A stretch of 64,000 bases of DNA, from the NCBI RefSeq assembly GCF_902459465.1, contig NC_047073.1, positions 16,492,001 through 16,556,000 of the forward strand, read 5' to 3'. This document shows, in pieces, positions 38,829-51,112 of the stretch. Source of the DNA: Asterias rubens. Lineage: Eukaryota. The translations under genes and the position numbers were made by a program. The stretch's first letter is position 1. Each line of letters begins with the position of its first letter. The notes below the pieces were generated by a model. The model was given only the letters and a program-made list of their open reading frames with translations, searched no databases and had not been told where the DNA came from.

Positions 38829-39410
38829 ACACTCAAGAGGCGTTTCTACGGCCACAGATCTACAGTCAAGACCCAAAAGCTAGATACACCTGTAGGTCAT
38901 CACTTCAATCTTCCTAATCACTCCATTTCTGACATGATCTTACAGGGCATAGAGGCACTAGGCAACCACAGAGAGACTGTGCGTTTGAGTAGGGGGAAAC
39001 TCTGGATTAGACGCCTCCAGACCATTCAACCCCATGGTCTGAACATCCAAGAAGGAAACGACTAATAAACCTTTTGTTTTGCCGTCTCCTTTTTTTCCCC
39101 ATAGCCTTTTAGCCTGAGCCTCATTCACTAATATAAATTACTTTTTACCCAACCTCACCACCCTTGATGTTGTCCTTTGTGTTTCCATATTCTTGCTTGT
39201 GGTCAAGCCAGCCCCTTCCCTTCACCCCCCCCCTTGTTTGTCCCCCTATTCATTGTTTACCCCTGCTTTTTTATGTATGCTTTCTAACCCCATTCATGTA
39301 TTTCCACTTCACTGCTTATGTTTCACTTAGTTACCTGTTCATGTTTGTTGTGTTGTCATTTAGCCTTCGAGAAAGACTCTGCTAGGGTCGAAACGTCAGG
39401 CCATTAACTA
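38829..39410 (+). mobile_element. Penelope-like retroelement 3' remnant: GIY-YIG endonuclease C-terminus plus tail
   Basis: 38829-39065 encodes TLKRRFYGHRSTVK...PVGHHFNLPNHS...KLWIRRLQTIQPHGLNIQEGND*, matching the R...H / V..HF / WI..L.T..P.GLN pattern of PLE endonucleases. No RT is present. Confidence 0.8.
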
Positions 39411-39693
39411 TTTTTTGCAATTAAAAATAAGTTGCGGGTTTTCTTAATCAAATATTTAGACGTCCATACATTCAGAAGTGCACCCTGTGTTCAGATTAAG
39501 GATTTGTCGATTAAATAATAGGCCAAGCTTTTCTCGTTTTACACTTTTGTTTATTGATCGACATAAAAACTGTTCAATCCCACTTACAATGATAAAAACA
39601 CCAGATTAATATTCCATATTTTATTTATAATAAGGCCTTATTAGTGTAAATAAAAATATACGATCCATAAACGCCATACGAGTTGTAATTACT

Positions 39694-40066
39694 TTAAAGG
39701 AACACGTTGCATTGGATCGGTCGAGTTGTACTTTTAAAAGCGTGTTGTAACCGTTTGTTATAAAATGCATATGGTTTGAAAGATGTTGTAAAAGTAGAAT
39801 ACAATGATTTACACAAATATGCCTCGAAATTACGTGGTTTTCTTTTTACCTCGTCCAATAACACGGTCAAAATTTTGACTCCCATAAATGGCCGACCGTG
39901 CTAGTTTGCGTGTAAAAAGAAAACCGTACAGTTTTGAGTGATACTTGTGTGGATCATTATATTCTACTTTTAAAACATCTTTCTAACTATATGCATTTTA
40001 TAACAAACGGTTTCAAACGCTTTTTATAGACCAACTCGTCCGATCCAAGGTAACGTGTTCCTTTAA
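39694..40066. mobile_element. TTAA-flanked fold-back MITE family 2 with ~155-bp TIRs
   Basis: TTAA|AGGAACACGTTGCATTGGATCGGTCGAGTTG... / ...CAACTCGTCCGATCCAAGGTAACGTGTTCCT|TTAA. A degenerate copy lies at about 26709-27147. Confidence 0.85.
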
Positions 40067-41076
40067 TAAGCATTAGATTTATAAACAATTGTTAAAGATT
40101 TTCCAGTGACCAATTTCGGGTTAGTTTCCAAATAATTTCCCATCATAAATCATGTAATTCCGCATGAGTTTGATGCGAGAAAAAAAACGGGTTCTTTTTC
40201 CTCTTTGAAGCATTAAGTTTAATTTTGCTGCATTCAAAACTTTCTTTGTTTGATTCTTTCTTAGACTTTATGTTCATGGCACCTCCTTTCGACTTCACTA
40301 AAATTAACAAACCTATGACTGCATGCGAGGCGTTTAGATTATAGTTGAGAAATTGGACGGGAAAATCTGAACATAAATTACAGCAAAGTTTTATCCTGAA
40401 CAAACTAGATAAAATTCCATTGAAAAGTCCCATTTTTGTTTTCGGGAAAAAAAAACATGACATTCTTTTTGGTGGCTCGTGGATTATTCATTAACGTGCA
40501 GCTGGTTAGTTTGAAATTAACATCAAGCTCAAACCTAGCAAATTTACAAATAATAATGTTTCGATGAAACATGCGCCAATAAAATAATGTGATTGAGCTA
40601 AGCAAATAAATATTCAATAATCGATAATCAAAACCGATGATGATTAGCAACAATACTTTGCACAACCATGCCTTTTTCTTTGATTCCTTGAGTCATTTTG
40701 AAAATGTTGCTTGAAATGTGTAATAAAAATCACAGTAATTACATTCTTGGTTATAACTTTATTTTTAAACATTATCATCTGAATCGTTTAGTAATTCACT
40801 TGGTTATTTTATTCAAAATTTCTTCAAATTTCAGTCGCTTTAAAAAGATTGTTTCAAAATAATATTAATGTTAAATAACAGGTGTACATCTTTCTCCGGC
40901 AAAAATGGCCAATCTCTTTCTATTTCGACAATATTCAACATTATTTTACTGTATGTAGTATTAGCTCAAGACGTCTGTGACAGCACGCCCTTCTACGGTA
41001 TGATTTTACCAACTTGATTACCTTGTGAGCCAAGACTATTCTTTAGTGTACGAGGTGGCATTCAACCTCGCATGTT

Positions 41077-41270
41077 CAGGGTCCAATTTCATAAAGTCTG
41101 TTTAGCGAACAAAAAACTAATTTTCAGCACAATTGTTTGCTTAGCAAAAATGGGTTACCAGCCTGAAAACAGCTACATTGCTGCGACTGGTACCGCGGTA
41201 ATTTCGTGCTTAGTTAAGCAATCTGCTAAGCAATATTAACTGCTTAACAGCTTTATGAAATTGTGCCCAG
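41077..41270. mobile_element. MITE family 4 (GGCCCAATTTCA TIR, 3-bp CWG/TAG flanks; PIF/Harbinger-like)
   Basis: CAG|GGTCCAATTTCATAAAG...CTTTATGAAATTGTGCC|CAG. Related termini at 29010-29235, 42059-42426, 54167-54317 and 63469-63637. Confidence 0.7.
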
Positions 41271-41298
41271 GTACCGAGGTATCTCGGTGTAGTACTCT

Positions 41299-41394
41299 TT
41301 ATAACTTCCATGTATCTTTAACCATCTTGACGAATTTAGCGTCGGAGAGTCGAGCCATCCCAGCATAATAATTCAAAAATTCCTCTTTGGATAC
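41299..41394 (-). CDS. Calcyphosin paralogue C, exon 4
   Basis: TTCCAG|VSKEEFLNYYAGMARLSDAKFVKMVKDTWKL*. Confidence 0.9.
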   Translation of the reverse strand, partial: VSKEEFLNYYAGMARLSDAKFVKMVKDTWKL

Positions 41395-41761
41395 CTGGAA
41401 GGTACGAAACATTTCTAAATATTTAAACGAAATCCTCACACTTCTAAAAACCAACAAATCGGTTAGATTTTGATATGGCACCCTGTAAAAAGCCAAAAAC
41501 ATTTGGTTTTGATCATTTAAAAAGTGATTTCAGACGACCAAAAGGTGAGCAGTGACTCGGAGACCTCCACGAGGATACCATCTATCATGTGGCTTGATTG
41601 AAGTCACCAATTACCATTAATTTATGTGTTGTGTACATGTCAACCTTGGTCGAGAGATATCAAACGAAAGGGGAAGAAGAAGAACAAAAAAAATCAAACA
41701 CGCTGTCATAAGTTTTCATTCGTTCAGTTGTTAATTTTTAGTTTTGCTGAGAAAATCTTAC

Positions 41762-41959
41762 CTTCTTGTCATTATTCTTATCAAACATCAACAAAAATCG
41801 ATTTGCTGCTTCTTCGTTCGTCATCACACTGCGTGCGCGCGCATTCTTGAAGTCGTAGCCGTCTTTCAAGTCGTCCATGTCGATCACGCCGCTGCCGTCC
41901 TTGTCTAGCTTATGGTAGGCTTGCATAACGACTTCGAGTTTAGCCTCTGACAAGCAGCC
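41762..41959 (-). CDS. Calcyphosin paralogue C, exon 3
   Basis: CATAG|GCLSEAKLEVVMQAYHKLDKDGSGVIDMDDLK...FDKNNDKK|GTAAG; 198 nt. Confidence 0.9.
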
Positions 41960-42543
41960 CTATGCAATGAGTAATAACATGGATCAACTTATGAGGAACA
42001 GCCTTCTTTAAAATGATTCATTAAAACAGGTTGATTTCTTAACTATGACGTCGGGACCATGGGCCTGATTTCATAAAAAATATTTCAGCTATCACGGAGA
42101 GACCACTGTAGAAACATTTATATATAATCACTGCTAACCGAACGATTTTTTTTTCTGTACCCACAAATTGCCACTGTCGTTTAGTGCTTTTCAATGGGGA
42201 TTTTTTTGTTCTTTTAAAACGATTGTTGAAAAAAAATCAGGAAATTTCTTGAGGATGCCAATAAGCAAAACAAAGGGTGCTTAGGCTATTGTCAGTAAAC
42301 CAATTGAGAGCACACACTTCTCGTTTGTTAATAAAAATACACTTTTGCTTAGACATAATATTCTGCTATGGTTAGCACATACAACAAATTGCACTTTCCG
42401 GTAAACAGCTTTATGAAATTTCGCTAGGGTTATAAGTGCACACCATGTTTGGTGTTTTTAACCATACTAATTGCTTTTTCCATTTTCCGTGCAGACCTGC
42501 CCCAGCTTTACTTTAACAACCAACACCTTGTTGTTTCACGTAC

Positions 42544-42724
42544 CCTGACAGCTACGAAGAATTCATTCAAATCTAACGTCTTGGACCCGTCTTTGTCGAG
42601 TTCTGTGAAGATATTCTGAACTTCTTCTTCACTCATTTCAAGACCAAGTTCCTTGTTGATTCCACGAGAGAGTTCATCCAGAGTCAGCACACTATCTTGG
42701 TCTCTATCCATCTCGGTAAGGAGG
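42544..42724 (-). CDS. Calcyphosin paralogue C, exon 2
   Basis: LLTEMDRDQDSVLTLDEL...LDKDGSKTLDLNEFFVAVR; 181 nt (one extra codon). Confidence 0.9.
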
Positions 42725-43179
42725 CTGGATGACAACAAGTAATAATTTTAGCATCAGACGGAAAATAAAGTTCATTTTATTTAAATGTCTCTTAAATCAT
42801 TTTGGAGAAACTTAAAACTAGTGTCCATTGTACTGAAGATAGCCACCTGTGATAGGAAACTACATAACGATGATCATTGTCTCAACAACGAATCCATTGT
42901 CTCAACAACAGCGTATCATCAATTTGTGAGCAGTAATGTACAGAATACCCCCAATGAATGCCAGAAAACCGATCATCACAATTTCACTCTGAAAGTTTTC
43001 CTGAAAACCAAATGTGCGCTTTATTTTGCCTTTCGGTTACACTTTCGTTACGTGCGTCTTCCGAGGAACCAACACCAGCTCGCCGGTGAACAGTTTGTGT
43101 CTATTCTTTTTGGGTGTGGCCGGCAAAGCATGCAGTCAAAGTAATAATGTCTGCTCAATATTTACCATAGAATACTTAC

Positions 43180-43241
43180 TCTGCAAGTTTCTTGATATTT
43201 TCCACCCCACTGTCGAGCAGCTTGGATCTCAATTTCTCCAT
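43180..43241 (-). CDS. Calcyphosin paralogue C, coding exon 1; model join(43180..43241,42544..42724,41762..41959,41299..41394), 178 aa
   Basis: MEKLRSKLLDSGVENIKKLA(D), donor GA|GTAAGT, acceptor at 43274. An in-frame stop lies upstream of the ATG. Confidence 0.88.
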
Positions 43242-44248
43242 TTTTAAGTCTTTAATCTGCCTGAGGTTTCAATCTGAAAAGACAAATCGTAGAAAACCTA
43301 CTTCACTTATTTGAAAACCAGAGTTAACGTCAGTAGTATTAAGCGAAATCACCGAGGATACCATTTGACACCAGTCACACATACATTAATGATAACACGA
43401 ATCACCAGCATATGGCGCGGGTAAAACTACCTTGCAAGTGACACGCCTTGTATTAATATCTCCCGCGGCCCTCGCTCTGTCATGTTTGGAGTCAAATTGC
43501 AGAAAAATACAATATGATCCAAATTTTTATAAAGATGCTTAAAGGCACTATACACTATTGGTAATATTACTAAAAATAGTGTATTATAAACTTACTTGAC
43601 AACGAGCAAGATGGAGAGCTTTTGATATTATAAAACATTGTGAGAAATGGCTCCCTCTGAACGGTAACGTAGTTTTTCATTCATTCATTAGTTCATCCAA
43701 TGGTTTATTAAAAATCTATTCAGCAGCAGAATTACATGAACAGTAAGATAGTTAAAAAAAATTGGAGTAAAACATTACATTACTATTTAAAATGGCCTAA
43801 ATCTTACACAGAAAAACGGAGAGGGAGAAGTACTGTTCACTCATATAGGGAGGAGAACAGTTACTTAAAATTAATTAATTAAACATGGGGAAGAGGTATT
43901 TCTCACTCGAACCTATAAAGGTTTTCATATACCTCTTCTCAAGATATAACATATACAAAATATGACATAGATAAGCAAAATAATAATAAGCATAGGATGG
44001 AGGGGAAATAGTACATTAATGTTAATCAAAATAAATAGATCGGGGAAGCCTTTCGGCAACGGAAAAGTCGTTCTTTATTCTAAGACCACTGATTTATTCT
44101 GAACAAATTAATTTTCAATTACAGAAGGGTGCATCAAATCATTTGACTTTTTAAAACCCAGATTGCAGTTAGAAAGGCAGTTACATTTCACTTTGCTAAA
44201 TTTAATCTATTGGTTCATTGCTATGGGAGAAAGACTGTCAATCAATGG

Positions 44249-44586
44249 CTCCACGTCACTTACTGGACACTATTGGTCATTACTCAAATTAATTATTAGC
44301 ATAAAAACTGACTTGGTAACAAGCAAGGGAGAGCTGTTGGTAGTACAAAACATTGTGAGCAACGGCTCTTTCCGAAGTAATGTAGTTTTTGAGAAAGAGG
44401 TAATTTCACACTCAAAATATTAAAAGACCTGTATCAACAAGGTCATTTTTTCTTTCTTTATACTTTTGCAACTTCGATGACATATGGGGCAACATTTTCA
44501 CAGAATTGTTATCTATGCGGATGTTGGGATACACCAAGCGAGCATGCTTTGTTTTGACAATTACCAAATGTTTCCAGTGCCTTTAA
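44249..44586 (+). mobile_element. MITE family 1 copy (degenerate)
   Basis: CTGGACACTATTGG start, shared internal blocks and CCAGTGCCTTTAA end. Confidence 0.75.
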
Positions 44587-46485
44587 AATTTTAAAGGGAT
44601 GTTTGAAATGTTCCGTTGAAGACTTATTCTTCACCCCTAGTTTCGAACCCCAAACCCAACCTCGAACTCAGACCGTACCCTAGCGCCCAACCCTCCCAAT
44701 GCCCAGGTTGTAGTCGTGTGCACTTGCATAAGACCATACACACCTATATCTTACCCTACTAAATAATAGTAAAAGATACAAGTACAAGTTGAATAAAAAT
44801 GTTGGTTATCGTATGTATTGAAATTGTAGTGGTTAATCGACAGAACGTGGCAATCAGAATTTAAAGACATTTGTCTCGGTCTATCGGTAACAAGTTAGAG
44901 AAAAAGAGATAAATTTAAGAAAATATAAGTGAGCGTTTACTTACATAAACCAAAACGTGGTAGCTGGAATGTTATCACATTCACACACGTAGAAAGCAAG
45001 GGAGTGTCACTGTATTGCAATGGAGTCTGGGTCCAATGGTGAAGCATTATATTGTAGTAGTTAAACTATACGCTTGAAAGATTCTATTCATCTAAACACC
45101 CTCATTGAACCGAACTGAATTCCAAGGTTTACCTAGCCCCTTTATTGTGATTTTTCAATTCTGATTTAAATCCAGACTTTCAAAAGTAGGTTCTTTGAAA
45201 GACTCTCTGTAATTTCTGTCAAGGAGGAAGAACATCTCGAAAACGAAGGTTTTTTCCAGGGCTGTGATGGATGAAGTTAGTTTGTGGTTTTACCCTGTGC
45301 GAGATATCCAGTCTATTGGAGTTTGCACAGTAACTAACAGATACAATTACAGAAGGCCTGTTATTGTGGGGGATTCGCTGTTGTTATTTTAGTGTAATAC
45401 AAGATAAAAGGCTAACCTTCATTGCAACAATGGCTAATCACTAGACTGTGATGAGTTCAGTTTGGAATTATAATAAAATCTTGTTAAGGAATTTTGTCAT
45501 CAAAAGCTTCAGACACAAAACATATTGGGATGCTATGGCTTCATGCTATGGCAGAGGCGATATGATTTTGCCGTTGACGAAACAAGCTCAGTCGGGAGAG
45601 GAGGAAGGACATAGGCCTATACTGGGTTTAGAAAATGATGGCAGTATAATGGCAGCCATATTGAAGATTCGGGAAAATGCTCTTTATTCCAGCTATATTT
45701 TTTACACTGTAGCTAATTATGGTCATTGTGTACAAAACAAACTCATACTCACGGAAGAGGGCGTCCTTCACCTTTCTTATCCGTTGGTGTAAACCAGCGA
45801 TAAGCGCAAAGCTGTCATTGAGCACAAAGTCTGTAACTTCCCAGACTAAATGGCACGCAGTTTTGTCACTCAAAATGTTTTCATGAAAACTGATGAGGCA
45901 CCCAGGACATAGTCTGGATCCCCTTCACAACACAGTGCTATTTGGCAGAAGAAGCAGGGAACCCAACAAAAAAGGCCACACCTTGACGGTGCAAAAGCTA
46001 ACAATATATAAAGTCTGAAACCCCTCTATCATTAATATCCATTCCACGTGTTAGGCCTATATACATGTACATGTAGTTGGTTCTTACCAACGATCGTTAA
46101 ACCAATATTTGAATTGAACTTTTAACAACTCTTAGGAGCGTACTAAACAACGTTATTGAATACGATTGCACACAGATTTGCTGCCGTTGCTATGCAGCTG
46201 GTAAGTATATTGTTGTCATGTTAACAATATCAGTGCATTTAGCATCCGTCAGCGAATGGTGCCCATTTTTCAAAATTCAATTTTCAGCTCATGTCCCTCT
46301 CTATGGGCTATAATATTTTCATTAAGAGTCCCATGCTAAGAGCGTGATTAAAAAAATGCAATAGCCAATGCACACGGAGCCGAAACCGTAATATAATGAT
46401 ATAACCTTCCACAAAAACCCAGATGAACGGTTTATTAATACAATAGGGCTAATAAATTAGTATTGCTTAAAGCAATCGCACATCA

Positions 46486-46844
46486 TCTGTAAACAGTATT
46501 GTCCAAAGACCCACACTTCGTGTATCACAACTTATGTATAAATTACAAACCTGAGAAAATTTAGGCTCAAGCGGTCATCGGAGTCGGGAGTCGAGAAAAT
46601 AACGGGAAAACCCACCCTTGTTTCATAACACGTTGCGCCGTGTTATGACATGTTTAAAATAAATCCATTATTCTCGATATCGAGAATTGATAATTGTTTT
46701 AATTTTTTTCTCAAAAAGCAAAGCATTTCATGGAATAATATTCCAAGGGGAGTCTTTCGCCATTACCTTCTGTAAACCCTGTAAGTTATTTGAAATCTGT
46801 GAACTTTTAATTTTTGATCTGTTCAGAAAGTGTCCATTGGCTTC
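46486..46844 (-). mobile_element. MITE family 3 copy
   Basis: Reverse-complement homologue of 14481-14841. Confidence 0.75.
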
Positions 46845-48449
46845 AACAATTTTCAGGTTGTCACATTATGGTAGCCCATAATGTGGAATGGTATTTGGCT
46901 GGTAACCTTATTCTGGCGAGTATACTTTTGTTGTGATGACGTTTACTCTACGTGGTTACAGCACTTTGAAATTGGGTCCACATAGCACCATCATTGGGCC
47001 TCATCATCAACAACATCATGGGGGCTCATCAACAACATTGCGGAACAGCAAACATCCGCTCTTACAGTTACCTTTTTGAAAGAAAGCTTATGCAATCGAA
47101 AAGCAACAATTATTTCCTAACCCGTGAAATGCGCTTACACTAAGTGTTGTTTGCGGTATAAATCAGAATTGTTAAAGCAATTTTATGTTTCGAGTAAGAC
47201 TAAGCAACAGCGTTTATTAGACAACACAATGAGCACAAACCAAACTAACAATAAACGCATATTGAGGTTGTTATTTGCTATAAAATGTTTATTCTCCTGA
47301 ATACTTTTAGAGAATAAAATGTGTATCAAGAAAGAACATTACATCGCTACAATTTACAATTAACTTTGTCTTCCTGTTTCCAATGTTTGACATTAAATTG
47401 ACATGTATACTGATCGATTGATATTAGTGTTTTCACACATTTTTGGACAAACTACCCAACCATTTATGTTTTTCTGTGGTCAGGTCTAAAACTGATTTAT
47501 TCTTCTTTTCTGACGTCAGTCTTGGTTTAAAACTGTCAGTAATACAATAATGGTTCTATTAAATATTGGTCGCAGTATCAGTAAGGCCGGGTTTAAACTC
47601 GCTATAAACATTATTGACTCAGCAAAATTAGTCCTTGAAAACCTGTGACATTAGATAAGTTTTGAGAAGAGATTTGAATTTTGCGGTACAAAGACAGGAT
47701 CTAAGATTAAGTTGGAGAGAGTTCCAGATGCGCCACAGGAGTGCTTATACCAATCAAAATGGAAAGCTGTGGTTGGTCTATAATGCACATGACACATCGG
47801 GTGTAGGGCAACAACTCCAATATTATGAAATATAACTGATGCAAATAAACATATCTACTTAATTATATGAACTTGACAAAATCCAATTGAAATAATATAC
47901 ACTTTTATAACAACTATACACTACACGAACAAACAAATTCTATTTGGTGTTTCGTGCATGAAAGCGAAAGTGTTTCTTATTGAGCACAAATCAAAATTCT
48001 AAACAAGACGTTGTTAGCTATAAAATGTTTATTCTCCCGAATATTTCAGAGCCCTCGACATTTGAAGGTGTATGAAGAAAGACCATTTTTATGTTTATAC
48101 CATTCAAAGTTTTTCTTTCTGTTGTCAAGAAATTGTTTTACAATATTCTGATCAATTGATTATACGGTGATTTTGAAAACATTTTGTTAGACAAACAATA
48201 CACAACCAATGTTGATTTTCTTTGGCAAGGTCTAAAGTATTTATTGGCTTAGTCAGTCTTTGTAAAATAGAATTCAGTTACATTATTGGGGCTGAAATTG
48301 GGCGCTTTTCAAAAGGGCGGGTTTTTTAAGCTTTTAAAAGTACAAATCTGTATAAAACTAGTTGATTAATAAACTTTCGCAGTGCTAGACTTAAGTTCGT
48401 ATAGCTTCGATTTATAATGCATCGACTACTTTTTGTCTGTAGTTGTTTT

Positions 48450-48850
48450 ATCATGGAGATTTTCAGTTGTTCGACTGTAAAGCCTTTACCAATGGTTTAT
48501 TATGAAGCCTTTTCCCTATGGATCCTTTTCCAGAAATTTCATAGAGCCTTTTCCTTAAATGTATCATGGAGCCTTTTCCCAGTTCTATCATGGAGCCTTT
48601 TCCCAGTTCTATCATGGAGCCTTTTCCCAGTTCTATCATGTAGCCTTTTCCCTGGTTTTATCATGGATCCCTTTCACTCAATTTATCATGGAGCCTTTCT
48701 AATGGTTTTTATCATGGAGCCTTTCTAATGGTTTTTATCTTGGAGCCCTTTCCATGGTTTTATCTTGGAGCATTTCCCATGGTTTTATCGTGGAGCCTTT
48801 TCCCTAGTTTTATATTTGAGCCTTTCCCTGGTTTTATCATGAGCCTTTTT
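48450..48850. repeat. Degenerate ~24-bp array (ATCATGGAGCCTTTTCCCAGTTCT) immediately 3' of the paralogue B stop
   Basis: More than 12 degenerate units; explains ORF 48417-48728. Confidence 0.85.
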
Positions 48851-48896
48851 TGTACATGGATTCTTTTTTCGTGGTCCAGTTGAGCTTTCTCGTGCT

Positions 48897-48998
48897 TTAG
48901 ACTCCCCAGTATGATTTCATCATTTCCTCGAAGTCTGCATCTTCAGGAAAAGCTTGGCCGATGCTTGCGTAGTAGCTCATGAACTCCGCAAGTGTCAC
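48897..48998 (-). CDS. Calcyphosin paralogue B, exon 4
   Basis: TTACAG|VTLAEFMSYYASIGQAFPEDADFEEMMKSYWGV*. Confidence 0.92.
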   Translation of the reverse strand: MTLAEFMSYYASIGQAFPEDADFEEMMKSYWGV

Positions 48999-49751
48999 CT
49001 GTAACACGAGGGGAAAGATTTACACTTAAGTGAATACATAGAGGACCATGTCAAAATTCCTTCCTATCACAACCATTGTAAGGTTTAGAGTATTTAAGTT
49101 CAAGTTACACTTGACCTAATTTGCATAAAGCTGTACTCTTAAAACGTACGTTTTCATTGTTAAGCCTGGTACATACTTCCTGCGAATGACGTCACAAATG
49201 TTTTGCAGAAGTTGAGCACATCTCAACTCTTCCGAATTATTTTTTGCGAATTTGTGACGTCGAAATTCGTATCGCATTCGCATATGAAGTATGAACCAGG
49301 CTTTGGAGGGACTATGATGCATGATGGTTTCGAAGCAGATAAAACGAAACTATGACCAAGATGCGGTGGGCATCACCCTCCACAATTATAAAATAATGAG
49401 AGGCCGATCACATAACAACCACCATGCAGGTAGGCAAACCGAGTGCAATTTTTAAATTGTATTATCACATCGCAAAAACAATTTAGACATACCGATTGCA
49501 AGATTTAAAATTTGTCTTTTCCTGTAGGGGTACCGGGGAATTTCTACCACCGGAGGTTCTGCCCCCCCCCCCCCCATTGGAAAATTGACATGGTCTCGAG
49601 GAGGAGGATTCAAAAGAGGGAGGATTCAAAAGAGGGCGCATTCAGCATAAGTTTGTACATAGTTCGCCCTTCCTCCATGGTTCGCCGTATGGGGAAAGGG
49701 TGGGGGGGGGGTGATGAGGCACAGAAAATTCGTGCCACACCAGGATCTCAC

Positions 49752-49964
49752 CTTCCCGTCTCTGGTAGCTTGGTCGGGCTCAAAGGTATTTAAAAACTCT
49801 TCGAAAAGTTGCTCCTCCGTCTTCTTCCCGCTCTTAAAGGCCGGGTTCCAGGAGACGTTGAACACACCCTTCAAGTCGACTGGGGTGATGAAACCATCGC
49901 CGCTCTTGTCGGCTTTCTTAAAGACGGCCTCGATCAAATTCTTCCTGTACTCGGACATGGGTGG
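49752..49964 (-). CDS. Calcyphosin paralogue B, exon 3
   Basis: PPMSEYRKNLIEAVFKKADKSGDGFITPVDLKGVF...TRDGK|GTGAG; 213 nt. Confidence 0.93.
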
Positions 49965-50248
49965 CTGGAGAAGGAAGAAAAAAGAAAAGAGAACAAGCAT
50001 TACGACCAGCGGAGATATAGTTTAACTTTGATCAACACACGTAATAGTGATGTTGTGGTGTGGTCGTTCCTTGTACGGGAAGCCTATTTGTTTGCACCGC
50101 AATGAAGGGTTTTATACTGTAAACTGCCAATTCCTGGCTTGAAATAATCCTCCAATGAATGAGTTGTGTATAACTACGTTATAATAAAATCAAAAAGCAA
50201 TCCAGTATACCATTGTGCAAAATAAAACAAACATCAAGTCATTTATAC

Positions 50249-50426
50249 CCTTGCAGCTTCCAAAAACTCGTCTATGTTGAGACTTCCTGATCCGTCTTTG
50301 TCCAATGTCTTCATTACAGCATTGATTTCTTCGAAACTCATGTCAATCCCCATATCACGGATGCCTTTTGTGAACTCCTCAAGGGACAGCGAGCCGCTAC
50401 GGTCGTCATCCATGATTCGAAATTTC
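50249..50426 (-). CDS. Calcyphosin paralogue B, exon 2
   Basis: KFRIMDDDRSGSLSLEEF...LDKDGSGSLNIDEFLEAAR; 178 nt, as in gene A. Confidence 0.93.
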
Positions 50427-50502
50427 CTAAAATGTTTTACAGAGAAAAAACAAAGATACCAAAGATGATATTGTATGCAATTCAAAAGTGTTGTTTGAAA
50501 CT

Positions 50503-50798
50503 TTAAATACGCCGGACACCTTTGGTAATTGTCACAGACCAGTCTCTCACTAAAACAAACCTGTGAAAATTTGAACTCAATTGGTCGTCGAAGTTGAGAG
50601 ATAATAATGTCACGTGAAGTTGTGTGCTTTCAGATGCTTGATTTTGGGACCGCAAAATCTTATTCTGAGGTCTCGAAATCAATTTTTTTCGAGGAAAATT
50701 ACTTCTTTCTCGAAAACAAGCAAGTACAACTCGTTACCAAGTAAGGTTTTATGCTAACAATTATTTTGAGTAGTTACCAATAGTGTCCAGTGCCTTCA
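50503..50798 (-). mobile_element. MITE family 1 copy in paralogue B intron 1
   Basis: GGACACCTTTGGTAATTG...CCAATAGTGTCCAGTGCCTT. Confidence 0.8.
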
Positions 50799-51050
50799 AC
50801 GCTAGGTGGCAGCAGAGATAGTTCTGATCTAGACTGGTCCCGCGTCATTATCCACATGACAGTTAATGGTTTATGTAAACACACGTACGGATTTTATTGC
50901 TTACTTCATGAAAGCACGTGGCTTTTTGAAATATCAATTGACATTATGATTTCATGCAAACAGCGTACAAGTTAATTAACCAATAATTGACCGGAGGGCC
51001 GACGACCATTTCATGTGTCGATTCTCGATAATATTTTGCAATGGACTCAC

Positions 51051-51112
51051 CTGCCAAGCCGTCTGAGGTTGGTCACATTCTTCTCAACGAGCTGTGCTCT
51101 GAGCTTCTCCAT
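51051..51112 (-). CDS. Calcyphosin paralogue B, coding exon 1; model join(51051..51112,50249..50426,49752..49964,48897..48998), 184 aa
   Basis: MEKLRAQLVEKNVTNLRRLG(R), donor AG|GTGAGT, acceptor at 51149. The 36 nt upstream of the ATG are open in frame, so a longer N-terminus is possible. Confidence 0.85.

Noticed and set aside
45448-45873. ORFs between calcyphosin B and C, checked for a fourth paralogue
   Set aside because: No EF-hand loops or conserved exon boundaries were found.
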